64,000 nucleotides of DNA. Source: Candidatus Daviesbacteria bacterium (GTDB taxonomy: Bacteria; Patescibacteriota; Microgenomatia; Daviesbacterales; UBA10151). The number at the start of each line of letters is the position of its first letter. Positions within the stretch are counted from its first letter, which is position 1. Position numbers and translations under genes: made by a program. This document shows positions 10,701-17,468 of the stretch, piece after piece. Under the pieces are notes generated by a model. That model saw only the letters and a program-made list of their open reading frames with translations. It was not told where the DNA came from and searched no databases. The stretch is taken from NCBI GenBank assembly GCA_016432425.1, contig CP066688.1, positions 514,619 through 578,618 of the forward strand. Reading direction: 5' to 3'.

Positions 10701-12210
10701 AAAGGGATTGGAAGCGGCTCCCGGTGGTGCCAATGGAACCGGTTTTGGTTAAATAGGGGTAGATGTCACCGCCGGCTGTTACCCAAACAGAACCGTCACC
10801 GATGGCTGATGAGGCCCCGTAAGGCCTAACCTGGGCAAAACCGGAAGCCCCCACTTCTGTCACTGACACATCATCTAAATAAACTACTCCCGAAGATAAA
10901 TTCGGGAACTCTATAACCGGGAACCAGTTTTCCCCTTGGCCCGGGCCGGGGGAGTTCATATCAAACTCCAGGAGCTGCCAGCCATTTTGCAGGTTAGTCA
11001 AATCTGAGCTGGTTAACTGTTTAGTAGTAGTGCCGGTTCGTTGCTTAGACACCGGGTCCCAGAAGCTAATCTGGAGATCAAAGGCGCTACTTTGATATGC
11101 TTTGAGGTAGAAAGCTAGATGATATGGACGAGATTCCCCGGTGACAGTATCCGGGTTTAAGATGCCTAAGTTGGAGGTGCCTCCCACAAACTTTAAGCTG
11201 TTATAGCCGGAGCGGGCCAGTTCATTGGTCAGAAATGTATTGGCAGAGGTGGAATTTCCTAAATAAATCCAGCGGTTAGGCAGACCGTTGTTGTTAGCTT
11301 CAAAAGAAGAGTTGGGCAAGAGGTTGGGGGAGGAGGTATCCGAAAGATTTGAGCTTAGAGCTTGGAGGCTAACTTGAGCATTCTTTTTGTCATCCTGATC
11401 CGCCAGCTGGCGGAGAAGAATTTCTTCTTCAGCCTCAACTAATCTTCGGCTGATCTCATTGATCCTGTCAGTTTGCACATTAACTACCTGGGCTACATCC
11501 GGAAAGCCTAAATCTTGGGCAGTTTGGGGGGAAGTGACCTGGATAGCCTTTTGGGAAAGAAAATTAAAGGGAGAGAGAATTTTACTTCCCACAGCTTGTA
11601 ACAGACCCAGGGTATCACTGGCTGCTCCCAGCACTTCACCCTTTTGGGCAGTACTGGCAGAGGCTGCAGACGCCAGGGCAATCTTTTTAGTAGTTTCAGG
11701 AAACTTTAAATAACCAACAGTTAAAACGGCAGTCAGGATAAAAGTGATGGCCCCGGCAGTAAGGATTGATTTAGCGATCCAAGAGGGCACTGTTGCGGGA
11801 GTTTCAGGTTGGCTTAAATTTTGCGCCAGAGACTCCAGTAAAAGCTGGTTTTGTTGTTGGGGGTTAAATGAGAGAGGGGTTAATCGTTTGACATCTTTGA
11901 CACTGTAAGACCGCTCACCGGTAGAGGACCTTTGGGCAGGGAACTTACCTTCTTTATCCCAGCGCCTTAAGGTTTTAATGGACACCCCTAATTTATCAGC
12001 TGCTTGTGAAATAGGGATTTGAGTCCTGCCTTTGGCGGGATGCTTGTGAAATTTGAGGAGGTTTGGTAGGTAAAACAGCCTGGTCCCGCCCGGAGTTTTG
12101 ATGGAGGAAATCTTGCCGGCTTTTTCCCAGCGGCGGAGGGTGTCAATGGAGACTCCTAAAACCTTGGCAGCTTGACCAATTTTGATGTAGTTGTCAGACG
12201 GATTTTGCAT
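1717..12210 (-). CDS. Giant (3,497 aa) membrane-anchored surface protein. Two N-terminal excisionase/MerR-type HTH domains, one TM helix, a CBM4/9-like carbohydrate-binding module, a long Thr/Gly/Ser-rich beta-helix/tail-fiber-like repeat region, a poly-Gly tract, a coiled coil and C-terminal globular domains.
   Basis: Single uninterrupted ORF. HTH1 KIGQAAKVLGVSIDTLRRWEKAGKI and HTH2 ISQAADKLGVSIKTLRRWDKEGKF. TM WIAKSILTAGAITFILTAVLTVGYL. CBM-like NLLPNSSFEANNNGLPNRW...YLDDVSVTEV. Repeats of GTGxxADTINIGTG type. Internal duplication ALSPSTSDGNALGTTALMWSDLFLASGGVxNFNNGDVTLTHSTDTL. TFTANGTYTKPSGAILVVVQAIGAGGGGGGG glycine-rich motif. Confidence 0.8.
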   Translation of the reverse strand: MQNPSDNYIKIGQAAKVLGVSIDTLRRWEKAGKISSIKTPGGTRLFYLPNLLKFHKHPAKGRTQIPISQAADKLGVSIKTLRRWDKEGKFPAQRSSTGERSYSVKDVKRLTPLSFNPQQQNQLLLESLAQNLSQPETPATVPSWIAKSILTAGAITFILTAVLTVGYLKFPETTKKIALASAASASTAQKGEVLGAASDTLGLLQAVGSKILSPFNFLSQKAIQVTSPQTAQDLGFPDVAQVVNVQTDRINEISRRLVEAEEEILLRQLADQDDKKNAQVSLQALSSNLSDTSSPNLLPNSSFEANNNGLPNRWIYLGNSTSANTFLTNELARSGYNSLKFVGGTSNLGILNPDTVTGESRPYHLAFYLKAYQSSAFDLQISFWDPVSKQRTGTTTKQLTSSDLTNLQNGWQLLEFDMNSPGPGQGENWFPVIEFPNLSSGVVYLDDVSVTEVGASGFAQVRPYGASSAIGDGSVWVTAGGDIYPYLTKTGSIGTTGSRFQSLYLSNSSIDKEGNANFAGKMTISDAATFNGTVNLSGSVGTNLNPLSDSFYNLGSSSTRWNKLWGKDGDFSGSVTIAQSLTVQGTTLSTGGDLSTTGNLTVDSNTTLGNATSDTLTISGTTTINLPDNTSPALDIQQGTDNYINISTSDTTTSVTIDLPVAGSSTTTGNLFTANTTKTINLGTGTAADTINIGTGITTADTIAIGTGAVANSITIGTTTASSSLALNDDNWNITGAGAANFVSLGATTAGTGAFTTLTSSGNTTLGTGASGAHTYSTGAGSTTTLGNSTGALTLASGGTSAWTNTSGNLTISTATSGDLSLNSAGTLYLGIGGSNELTLTATALSPSTSDGNALGTTALMWSDLFLASGGVVNFNNGDVTLTHSTDTLAFAGASSGYSFDADTTITGDLAVNGATSADITTTTTTATIFNATATTLSLGGAATTLLDLGNGSGNYTAINLGSGSGTHTINMAGTGATGADTINIGTGGTGADTITIGNNASTSSLALTSGTGSQTFTSNVATGATTTSGFVFDATAITSGTGLYLTTDAVTTGRLLDIATTGNTWTGNGTTNGLVNLASSSTAGTGSSSSILLNLARSGANANATHTAYGLYSAVTNTGTTSTNIGGYFTASGATTNWAAQFGGNIQMSTGSDILAQGAGTDVGSSGTRFATGWFDTVDATNLAGTVTGGSTTSSSWTINSDNNTLDTEDASLAFERGDTTPNAVILWDSTNDELDFNSSINLTGTTSLTTQPLLVLATSAAHTTGDIFDLTATYTPTAGGTQSAMDINITNSPSTNANTLRVFDIGLTDAGSLANTVYGLYVDVSTANASDTTYAATFLNGNVGIGDSSPTEGNLVIAGSADGTDALYITAGDILVNDGDLDLSGGDFNVTLDGGDTANISKTGANAGDVANIAGTSVNAINGLTIAVTSTADTGADANTGLNITWTESTDADTFTAVNIGNTTTTNSATTALSIGTGWDSDINATTSLEIGIGGTNELTLDATSLSPSTSDGNALGTTALMWSDLFLASGGVINFNNGDVTLTHSTDTLTLGGATTLTATDVTAFNCTDCIDFDDLDNTLDIDETTTINTTATTTNPLSYLADSISTGTALIISADALSTGTAVDVSSTSTAGGASGTSKLLNLARSGANAQLAHTAYGIYSAVTNTNATSGTNVAGYFSASGATTANYGLIVENGNVGIGDATPSAPLEIGNGTDSIQFSSVGDITFVDADGAATITGPAGGALTVAAGAAQALTLTANNASTWSTSNGLLTITGDDGVTINATSNAGITGNIPDNLADALDIQQGTDNYLNISTSDTTTSVTLDLPVAGSSTTTGNLFTANTTKTINLGTGTAGDTINIGTGATNADAITLGNTGVATTFDINSGAATVNAIDITTDSISSGTALTLSVDALTTGKGLDITSTSNAIDSGVLLNVAQSATAATDTTLSADTANISFSPTYSTAVTTPAISGQVLDISRSVTTNSLFASTLTVSGALVSISDTSTQTTGTLTHTGNVLVVDQNYSTSSGDVLHVENAGTGDAIEIAGAGTRSINSTSGDLSISTTTSGTLTLNASGGDAAGEDLIITAQNVQLTATGAMTFSPDAAVTTAITITDTDYTNSLNIGDNNIIGTTANIDLTYFDVAGATGAVTIDPQTTGTYLDFTLETAWTSGTLVNADFGGATTQGAATITGMSLNLNTNLTTPAAGQNITGYDLQLPVASTTSNDTVYTGFNLGTTGAITNATAGSFAWRGANIQLPNITQSAGGTITASGVLVSNGTITTGGTENMLSASMTAVGAGTLNGLLITPPATTTAGGTINAIKIDNITTSNGTDTALTIGTTWDTDINFADSTPILSFANAGTLTFNDGTNAMLALKDQGTYSFVNVSAGKTDTGDPASCSVGDIYFNDFDNAYKGCTDTNTWASFGGGGTTWNTIGDPTGNGAIAMAETVQTLDWNTAATAAAFDGLTITFTNDATTDASTQRAFVIANLNDSLTTGTLETMQHIDNRDINETVTNGLLIEQTGAGTLTNAIQIAETAGTITDGILITGTLGNILNSGSIDISGAGAITGATGITSSGTINFSGLTASQAVFTDASKNLVSNAITGTGNVVMSASPTLTGTITAAALTASGTITANGTLTANGVVNLGDNGDNVVINSNTWDVTGAGVASGLTGITSSGTITFSGLVSCNTIDTNSSGVLACGTDAGASVQTFTANGTYTKPSGAILVVVQAIGAGGGGGGGAGAAAGTRRNGGGGGGGGHFERGIFNAASVGSTETVSIGTAGTAGTAGSSSNGGTGGNGGDTTFGSSWFTALGGKGGTGGSQGGDCCIGNGTPGGGGGGTNDGGATSGASVTGSAGASGGSGGPGGGGSADFGGGGGGGGGGAGGDGVAGGSSRWGGAGGGGGGGLNSSNTETAGGAGGSGNSYSSGGGGTAGTTNGGAGGAGSAGTLRGGSGGGGGGAQDSGTGGAGGASGVPGGGGGGGGGGTNTGGSGAAGGRGEMIVWTVTGGTGADLAEVYYSLDMSLEAADVVVADPDLPGIGFKKSDKAYDGKVLGIMTTKPGLVLGDEEAPDLQGKTAKPVMLALAGRVPTKVSSENGPIEVGDYLTSSSTPGVAMKATRPGPTVGKALEAFSCNTSGVGSDSPEVNCQGKIMTFVNVSWADPGDFLSSLSVDDQGNLIMPSVKADKLVLNYNFNVTPPAQDSVLAYESATSINGGISFGIDVARSLQNLEAKVATQSGALADLQTTIATQSATTKSLADQIASLSAQLAKNTPEVKKCDYTSGVECLDLTPPDTLLATGSATLANLKVTSEATFSGKLTAYDAEIQNSFKSLGHTTLGNTLVAGDFTVDGTLAITGNSINSYWSDETNLTNLTNGILYIQNSPLASLVDIFNGKVTINKEGILTAQTVSAKEYQAVAGASVGTGKIPAGTKSVDIATPLIKLNSRVLVTATNLTDQSLSVLSKTANQSFTVSVPLTTASDINFDWFIINESQ

Positions 12211-12616
12211 TTAAGCTTGCATACATCTACTCTGCCTAGATTTGGGTATGCATCCAAATTCCGTCTGTAGATTCAGCATATCCATATATAATAAGATTTG
12301 TCAAGCCTTTAATTGTATAAGTATGGGATATGAAAAATATTTCCACAAAATCTTTTGTTTAAGCTAAATGATGCCTATGCCTGGTGGTTACTATAAGATT
12401 GAAAATTTGTTATTGATAATGTGCATCAATCTACAATCAACTGTATCAATTTTTTTAACGCACAGGCAAGAATTAGGGTTAAGGGATTAGTAGTAACTAT
12501 TACGGGAAGGTCAAATATCTCTCAGAATATATCAAAAGATGTCCACTAAGTAGTTAATTTATATATGTGAAAAAACGTGTGAAAATGTAACATCATTCTG
12601 AGTATTCTTAATTCTT

Positions 12617-12650
12617 TCAATTCGGTCAACGATCGTTGAATGAATTGAAT
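12617..12650. promoter_or_regulatory. 34-bp near-perfect palindrome TTCAATTCgGTCAACGATCGTTGAaTGAATTGAA (family-1, CGATCG-centred) in the divergent leuS / giant-gene intergenic region.
   Basis: Core TCAACGATCGTTGA is perfectly self-complementary and the flanks TTCAATTC/GAATTGAA also pair. Same family as the sites at 16422, 21781 and 22334. Confidence 0.5.
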
Positions 12651-12738
12651 GTATGATCACATTGGCAGATTTGCAATTTGAGATCTCAGGTTTGAGATGT
12701 TACAATCAAGCTTATAAGGGGAACCCTCTAATTACATT

Positions 12739-12756
12739 ATGAAGGGGACCTTCTAA
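12739..12756 (+). promoter_or_regulatory. Leader mini-ORF ATG AAG GGG ACC TTC TAA (MKGTF*) with embedded hairpin GAAGG-gga-CCTTC, 7 nt upstream of the leuS ATG. Part of a 27-bp tandem duplication (ctctaattacattatgaaggggacct x2).
   Basis: Direct reading. The identical peptide/hairpin unit recurs at 51601 and 49315 (minus strand). Confidence 0.45.
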
Positions 12757-12763
12757 TTACATT

Positions 12764-15331
12764 ATGAAAAAATATATTCCCCATGACATTGAACCTAAAT
12801 GGCAGCAAAAGTGGCAGAAGGATGCTCTCTACAGCGTTGACTTGGATAAATCTAAAAACCCCTATTATTTGTTAGTGGAATTTACTTATCCTTCCGGGGA
12901 TTTGCATATTGGTCATTGGTTTGCCTTTGCTGTGCCTGATATTTTAGGCAGGATGAAGAGAATGCAGGGGTTTACAGTGTTTTACCCTAATGGCTTTGAT
13001 GCTTTTGGGTTGCCCGCAGAAAATGCTGCCATCCAACGGGGTATTCATCCCAGAGATTGGACTTTGTCAAATATAGAAAATATGAAAAAGCAATTTTCCT
13101 TAATGGGGACCATTCATGATTGGGGAAATAGCGTCATTACTTGTCTATCAAACTATTACAAATGGAATCAATGGATTTTCTTAAAGATGTTGGAGAAAGG
13201 TTTGGCTTACAAAGGTAAAACTTTATCTAACTGGTGCCAGCATTGTCAAACTGTTTTGGCCAATGAAAATGTAGAAGCTGGTAATTGTTGGAGATGTCAT
13301 AATCCGGTAGTGCAAAAAGAGGTAGAACAATGGTTTTTAAAGATTACAGATTATGTCCAGAGGCTCCTTTGGGGCGAAGGTGGTAATGGGGTAGATTGGC
13401 CAAAAGCTCTGATGGAGGGGCAGAATAATTGGATTGGCAAAAGTCAGGGACAAGTGATTAAATTTGATGGCATTGAAGTGTTTACGACCCGTCAGGACAC
13501 GATTTTTGGGGCTACCTTTATCGTTATCAGTCCAGAACATCCACTGCTAAGTAAATTTGTTACATTTGAAAATAAAGAAAATGTCCAAAAATATTTAAAA
13601 TCCGTCCAGAAAAAGTCGGAACTGGAAAGAAAAGAAGAAAAAGTCAAATCTGGCGTTTTTACAGGTTCATTTGTGAGTAATCCCTTGACTGGTGAGCAGA
13701 TTCCGATTTGGATTGCTGATTATGTTTTGATGGGATATGGAACAGGGGCAATAATGGGAGTACCGGCCCATGACGCGCGGGACTTTGAATTTGCCAAAAA
13801 GTACGATTTACCTATAAAAACTGTTATCCAACCAGCGGGTCATACCGACTCACCGTCACCCGCTAATCAGGTACCAGATCAAGCCTACGTTTTGACGAAG
13901 TCAAAAGGCAAGGTTCTGCCAAAGGCAGGTTCTTATGATTTGACGAAGTCAAAAGGCAAGGTTCTGCCAAAGGCAGGTTCTTATGAAGGGGAGGGAGTTA
14001 TGGTAAACAGTGGTGAATATGATGGTATGAGTAGTAATGAAGCTCGGGAAAAGATATCAAACTATCTTGAAGAACATCATTTAGGTCAGAGAAAAGTTAA
14101 TTACCACCTCCATGACTGGTCCATCTCCCGTCAAAGGTACTGGGGTACCCCCATCCCCATTATCTACTGTGAAAAATGCGGCAGCGTACCGGTACCGGAA
14201 AAAGATCTGCCGGTGGAACTACCTTACGAAGTAGATTATCATCCTACCGGTAAACCGCCTTTGGCCACTAATGAGGCTTGGCTTAATGTGAAATGCCCTC
14301 GCTGTCTTGGTTCAGCCAAGAGGGACACTGAAACCATGGATACTTTTGTAGATTCATCCTGGTATTTCTTGCGTTATTTAGATAATAAAAATGACCAGGA
14401 AATTGTTAGTTCAAAACGACTCCGAACTTGGATGCCGATAGACATATATTTTGGCGGGGCAGAGCACACGCTGGGGCATACCTTATATTCCCGGTTTTTT
14501 GTGAAATTCCTAAAAGACATTGGAGTAGTGGATTTTGAGGAATATGCCAAAAAGAGAGTTAACCATGGAGTGATTTTGGGCTCGGATGGCTCCCGGATGA
14601 GTAAATCCCGGGGTAATGTGGTTAACCCAGATGAGCAGGTTCGCCAGTTCGGAGCAGATGCAGTCAGGTTATATTTAGCTTTTATCGGTCCTTATGATAT
14701 CGTTTCTCCTTGGAATCCATCAGCTATTAATGGTGTTTACCATTTTTTGCAAAGAGTTTGGTCGCTTTACGACAAAATAGCCTCGATCGGCAACAAGTTG
14801 TCGTCAGAAGACTTACGAATAATGCACAAAACTATCAAAAAAGTGACAGAAGACCTGGAGGATATTAAGTTTAATACGGCTGTGGCAGTTTTGATGGAGT
14901 GGTTAAACTACTTAAGTCGTAAGGAAAACGTGACCAGGGAAGAGTATAAAACTTATCTACTGCTCTTGGCCCCCTTTGCCCCTCATATTACGGAAGAACT
15001 ATGGTCCTTCGACAAAGTTTACACTGAGCGAACCTGTGGTGAGTGTAGTCGAACCAGTCGAAGTGCTCAGGATCAACAAATCTGGTCTATCCATCAGCAG
15101 TCTTGGCCTATCTTTGATAAACAATATTTAGAGGAAGCAGAAGTGGCTGTGATTGTCCAGGTCAATGGGCGGCTGCGGGATATTTTGATGATACAAAAAG
15201 ATATATTAAATGATAAAGAAGCTGTAGAAAAATTAGCTCGGGCAAGCCAAAAGGTGGCTAAATACTTAGATGGGCAAACTGTTAAAAAGGTGATTCACGT
15301 CTCCGGGAAACTAATCAATTTTGTTGTTTAG
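12764..15331 (+). CDS. leuS: Leucyl-tRNA synthetase.
   Basis: 855 aa. Class I HIGH (HIGH-like HIGHWF) and KMSKS (RMSKSRGN) motifs and LeuRS-typical editing/anticodon-binding regions. Contains a 70-nt in-frame repeat insertion at 15006..15075. Confidence 0.95.
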   Translation: MKKYIPHDIEPKWQQKWQKDALYSVDLDKSKNPYYLLVEFTYPSGDLHIGHWFAFAVPDILGRMKRMQGFTVFYPNGFDAFGLPAENAAIQRGIHPRDWTLSNIENMKKQFSLMGTIHDWGNSVITCLSNYYKWNQWIFLKMLEKGLAYKGKTLSNWCQHCQTVLANENVEAGNCWRCHNPVVQKEVEQWFLKITDYVQRLLWGEGGNGVDWPKALMEGQNNWIGKSQGQVIKFDGIEVFTTRQDTIFGATFIVISPEHPLLSKFVTFENKENVQKYLKSVQKKSELERKEEKVKSGVFTGSFVSNPLTGEQIPIWIADYVLMGYGTGAIMGVPAHDARDFEFAKKYDLPIKTVIQPAGHTDSPSPANQVPDQAYVLTKSKGKVLPKAGSYDLTKSKGKVLPKAGSYEGEGVMVNSGEYDGMSSNEAREKISNYLEEHHLGQRKVNYHLHDWSISRQRYWGTPIPIIYCEKCGSVPVPEKDLPVELPYEVDYHPTGKPPLATNEAWLNVKCPRCLGSAKRDTETMDTFVDSSWYFLRYLDNKNDQEIVSSKRLRTWMPIDIYFGGAEHTLGHTLYSRFFVKFLKDIGVVDFEEYAKKRVNHGVILGSDGSRMSKSRGNVVNPDEQVRQFGADAVRLYLAFIGPYDIVSPWNPSAINGVYHFLQRVWSLYDKIASIGNKLSSEDLRIMHKTIKKVTEDLEDIKFNTAVAVLMEWLNYLSRKENVTREEYKTYLLLLAPFAPHITEELWSFDKVYTERTCGECSRTSRSAQDQQIWSIHQQSWPIFDKQYLEEAEVAVIVQVNGRLRDILMIQKDILNDKEAVEKLARASQKVAKYLDGQTVKKVIHVSGKLINFVV
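15006..15075 (+). mobile_element. 70-nt interspersed repeat copy A, inserted in-frame inside leuS. 100% identical to copy B at 26865..26934 (opposite orientation).
   Basis: ccttcgacaaagtttacactgagcgaacctgtggtgagtgtagtcgaaccagtcgaagtgctcaggatca. It encodes ~20 extra residues (FDKVYTERTCGECSRTSRSAQDQ) between the conserved EELW and SIHQQSWP LeuRS segments. The termini are inverted (cttcgac...gtcgaag). Confidence 0.7.
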
Positions 15332-15367
15332 CATGTTATACGTGTTATAATAGTGTAAGAAATCCCT

Positions 15368-15784
15368 ATGCAAACTGTGAGAGACAATAAATGGCTGCTC
15401 TATCGTCTCAACGAGATTTGGGACCGTTACTTCCCGGAGATTAAAGAATCTAATCCGGTGGTAATTAAATTTGGCCGTTATTCTAAATATCGGCTCGGCT
15501 CAATTAGGCTGGATAGAAAAGTCAATTTAAGCCTGATTACTATTACCGGTATGTTTAAAAACCTGCAAATACCCCAGGCAGTGGTTGATCACACCATTGC
15601 CCATGAGTTGGTGCATTATACCCACGGTTTTTCTTCGCAGCGGCAAAGGTTGCTGCGTTATCCCCATGCCGGTGGAGTAGTCAAACGAGAGATGGAAGAG
15701 CGGGGTTTGGGGCATTTGTACCAGGCTTACCGTGATTGGATAAAAGAGTACCAAAAACTGTTGCGGACTGCCCAAAATGGATAA
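15368..15784 (+). CDS. YgjP/DUF45-like zinc metallohydrolase (SprT/M48-like fold).
   Basis: HExxH-containing motif IAHELVHYTHGFSS typical of DUF45. Confidence 0.55.
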   Translation: MQTVRDNKWLLYRLNEIWDRYFPEIKESNPVVIKFGRYSKYRLGSIRLDRKVNLSLITITGMFKNLQIPQAVVDHTIAHELVHYTHGFSSQRQRLLRYPHAGGVVKREMEERGLGHLYQAYRDWIKEYQKLLRTAQNG

Positions 15785-16364
15785 TTTAGTCCCCACCCTT
15801 GAGCGTTATAAACTGCCTGTGGCTTTAAGTTTAGTGGGCATAGTTTTAATTTTGGGAGGAGTGTTTATCTCTAATTCTAAATCTTCCCAAAAGCAGTTTC
15901 CCCAGGAAAGTGTAGTAACCGGTAGCCTTCAGCTGGCCATTGATGTTTCCGGGGCAGTGGAAAAGCCCGGGGTGTATAAATTAGAGGCTAGTTCCAGAGT
16001 GGAAGATGCCATTAACGCTGCTGGGGGATTTACTGACCAGGCCAATATAATATTTATTTCTAAGCAGTTAAATTTAGCCAGAAAATTAACTGATGGAATG
16101 AAAATTTATGTACCCTTTGTGGGGGAGAAGGATACAGATTTGGCTGTTTCCCAAAATGTGGCCGGGGTTTCCGCCACTAGCACTGCTCCGGTTAATATTA
16201 ATGCTGCTTCCCAGAATGATTTAGAAGCTTTGCCTGGAATTGGTCCCACTACTGCCGGGAAAATTATCAGTAACAGGCCATACCAAAGCATAGAGGAACT
16301 TCTCAATAAGAAAATTGTCGGTAAGGCAGTATTTACTAAAATTAAGGATCAGATTAGTATATGA
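15777..16364 (+). CDS. comEA: Competence protein ComEA (membrane-anchored helix-hairpin-helix DNA-binding protein).
   Basis: N-terminal TM. SLBB-like middle domain. C-terminal HhH pair LEALPGIGPTTAGKIISNRPYQSIEEL. Confidence 0.75.
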   Translation: MDNLVPTLERYKLPVALSLVGIVLILGGVFISNSKSSQKQFPQESVVTGSLQLAIDVSGAVEKPGVYKLEASSRVEDAINAAGGFTDQANIIFISKQLNLARKLTDGMKIYVPFVGEKDTDLAVSQNVAGVSATSTAPVNINAASQNDLEALPGIGPTTAGKIISNRPYQSIEELLNKKIVGKAVFTKIKDQISI

Positions 16365-16421
16365 AAATTAGATTAGTATATAAAAATAGTCATTAGTTAA
16401 CCCTCAATTTAATATTCAATC

Positions 16422-16439
16422 TTGACACGATCGTATCAA
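16422..16439. promoter_or_regulatory. Family-1 palindrome TTGACACGATCGTATCAA immediately upstream of the comEC ATG. The -10-like TATCAAT ends 2 nt before ATG, so the mRNA is probably leaderless.
   Basis: Direct reading. 17/18 positions are self-complementary. Confidence 0.4.
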
Positions 16440-16441
16440 TA

Positions 16442-17428
16442 ATGAAACAATTTAAGAATCAAATACCACTAATCCTCGCTATACTACTTTATATTTTGAT
16501 ATATTTTGTGAGATGGCAGCAAGAGGGATGGGAAATTAAGTTAGACTTATTCCCAGAGTTTAGAGCGCAGCTGGATAAAAAAATTAGCTTGCTTTTACCC
16601 TCACCTCAAGCGCAACTATTATCAGGAATTGTCTTGGGGGAGAAAAAAGATTTGCCTTTTGACTTCAAATTGGCTTTAAGAGACACCTCTACCCTTCATA
16701 TGGTGGTAGTGTCAGGCCAGAATTTATCTCTGCTGGCTGTGCTGCTGCTGAAATTATCAGGGTTTTTAACCAGGAAAGTGGCTATCGTGCTGACATTTTT
16801 AGTCATTGTAGGCTATGTAATCTTAACCGGTGGGCAAATTCCGGTGATCAGGGCAGCCTTGATGGCGCTTTTGGCAGGTTTGGCCCAGCTTTTTGGCAGG
16901 CAAAATGATGGTTTTTGGGCTCTCGTTTTGGTAGCTGCTATTCTTTTGCTAATAAACCCTGCCTGGATTTCGGACCTATCTTTTCAACTATCTTTTTTGG
17001 CTACCTTTGGGGTAATAGTAGTAGCCCCTGTTTTAGCTTCATATTTAAAGAGGTGGCCGCCCTTTTTAAGGGAAAATTTATCAGTGACGGTAGGGGCGCA
17101 ACTGGCTGTTTTCCCGGTGATCGTCCAAAATTTTCACCAGCTTTCCTTGGTGAGTGTTCCGGCTAATCTGCTCACCCTGTGGACCATTCCTTATATTATG
17201 AGTTGGGGGCTAGCTATGTTGATTCTGACAGCTGTTTCTGATTTATTGGCTCGTTTTATTGCGGTGGGGTTGAACTTAATTTTGACCTATTTTATATACG
17301 TAGTGACATTTTTTGCTTCCTTGCCTTTTGCCTGGGAATATGTAGGGGAACAGGTATGGATTGTATGGGTAGGGTACTATCTGGTGATGGGAGGGATGTT
17401 ATTGGCCTTGAATAAAACCAAAGAATAA
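16442..17428 (+). CDS. comEC: ComEC/Rec2 family DNA-uptake channel, short core-only form.
   Basis: 328 aa polytopic protein with ComEC competence-domain signature (LRDTSTLHMVVVSGQNLSLLA). Lacks a beta-lactamase-like domain. Confidence 0.65.
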   Translation: MKQFKNQIPLILAILLYILIYFVRWQQEGWEIKLDLFPEFRAQLDKKISLLLPSPQAQLLSGIVLGEKKDLPFDFKLALRDTSTLHMVVVSGQNLSLLAVLLLKLSGFLTRKVAIVLTFLVIVGYVILTGGQIPVIRAALMALLAGLAQLFGRQNDGFWALVLVAAILLLINPAWISDLSFQLSFLATFGVIVVAPVLASYLKRWPPFLRENLSVTVGAQLAVFPVIVQNFHQLSLVSVPANLLTLWTIPYIMSWGLAMLILTAVSDLLARFIAVGLNLILTYFIYVVTFFASLPFAWEYVGEQVWIVWVGYYLVMGGMLLALNKTKE

Positions 17429-17468
17429 TTTTAAATTTTAGATTTTAAAATTGTGTTATCATTAATCT

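Noticed and set aside
2381-11713. Many + strand ORFs inside the giant gene (e.g. 3428..4045 poly-Pro 205 aa, 4058..4963 301 aa, and the 5084..10558 series).
   Set aside because: Antisense to a single 10.5-kb ORF. Poly-Pro/Val/Ala composition is the mirror image of the Gly/Thr-rich sense codons (GGT/ACC runs). No independent start or stop context.
12211-12763. Possible T-box riboswitch or ncRNA upstream of leuS in the 553-bp AT-rich intergenic region.
   Set aside because: No T-box specifier/antiterminator motif (AGGGUGGNACCGCG) or other Rfam-like signature was recognisable. Only the palindrome and mini-ORF features are reported.
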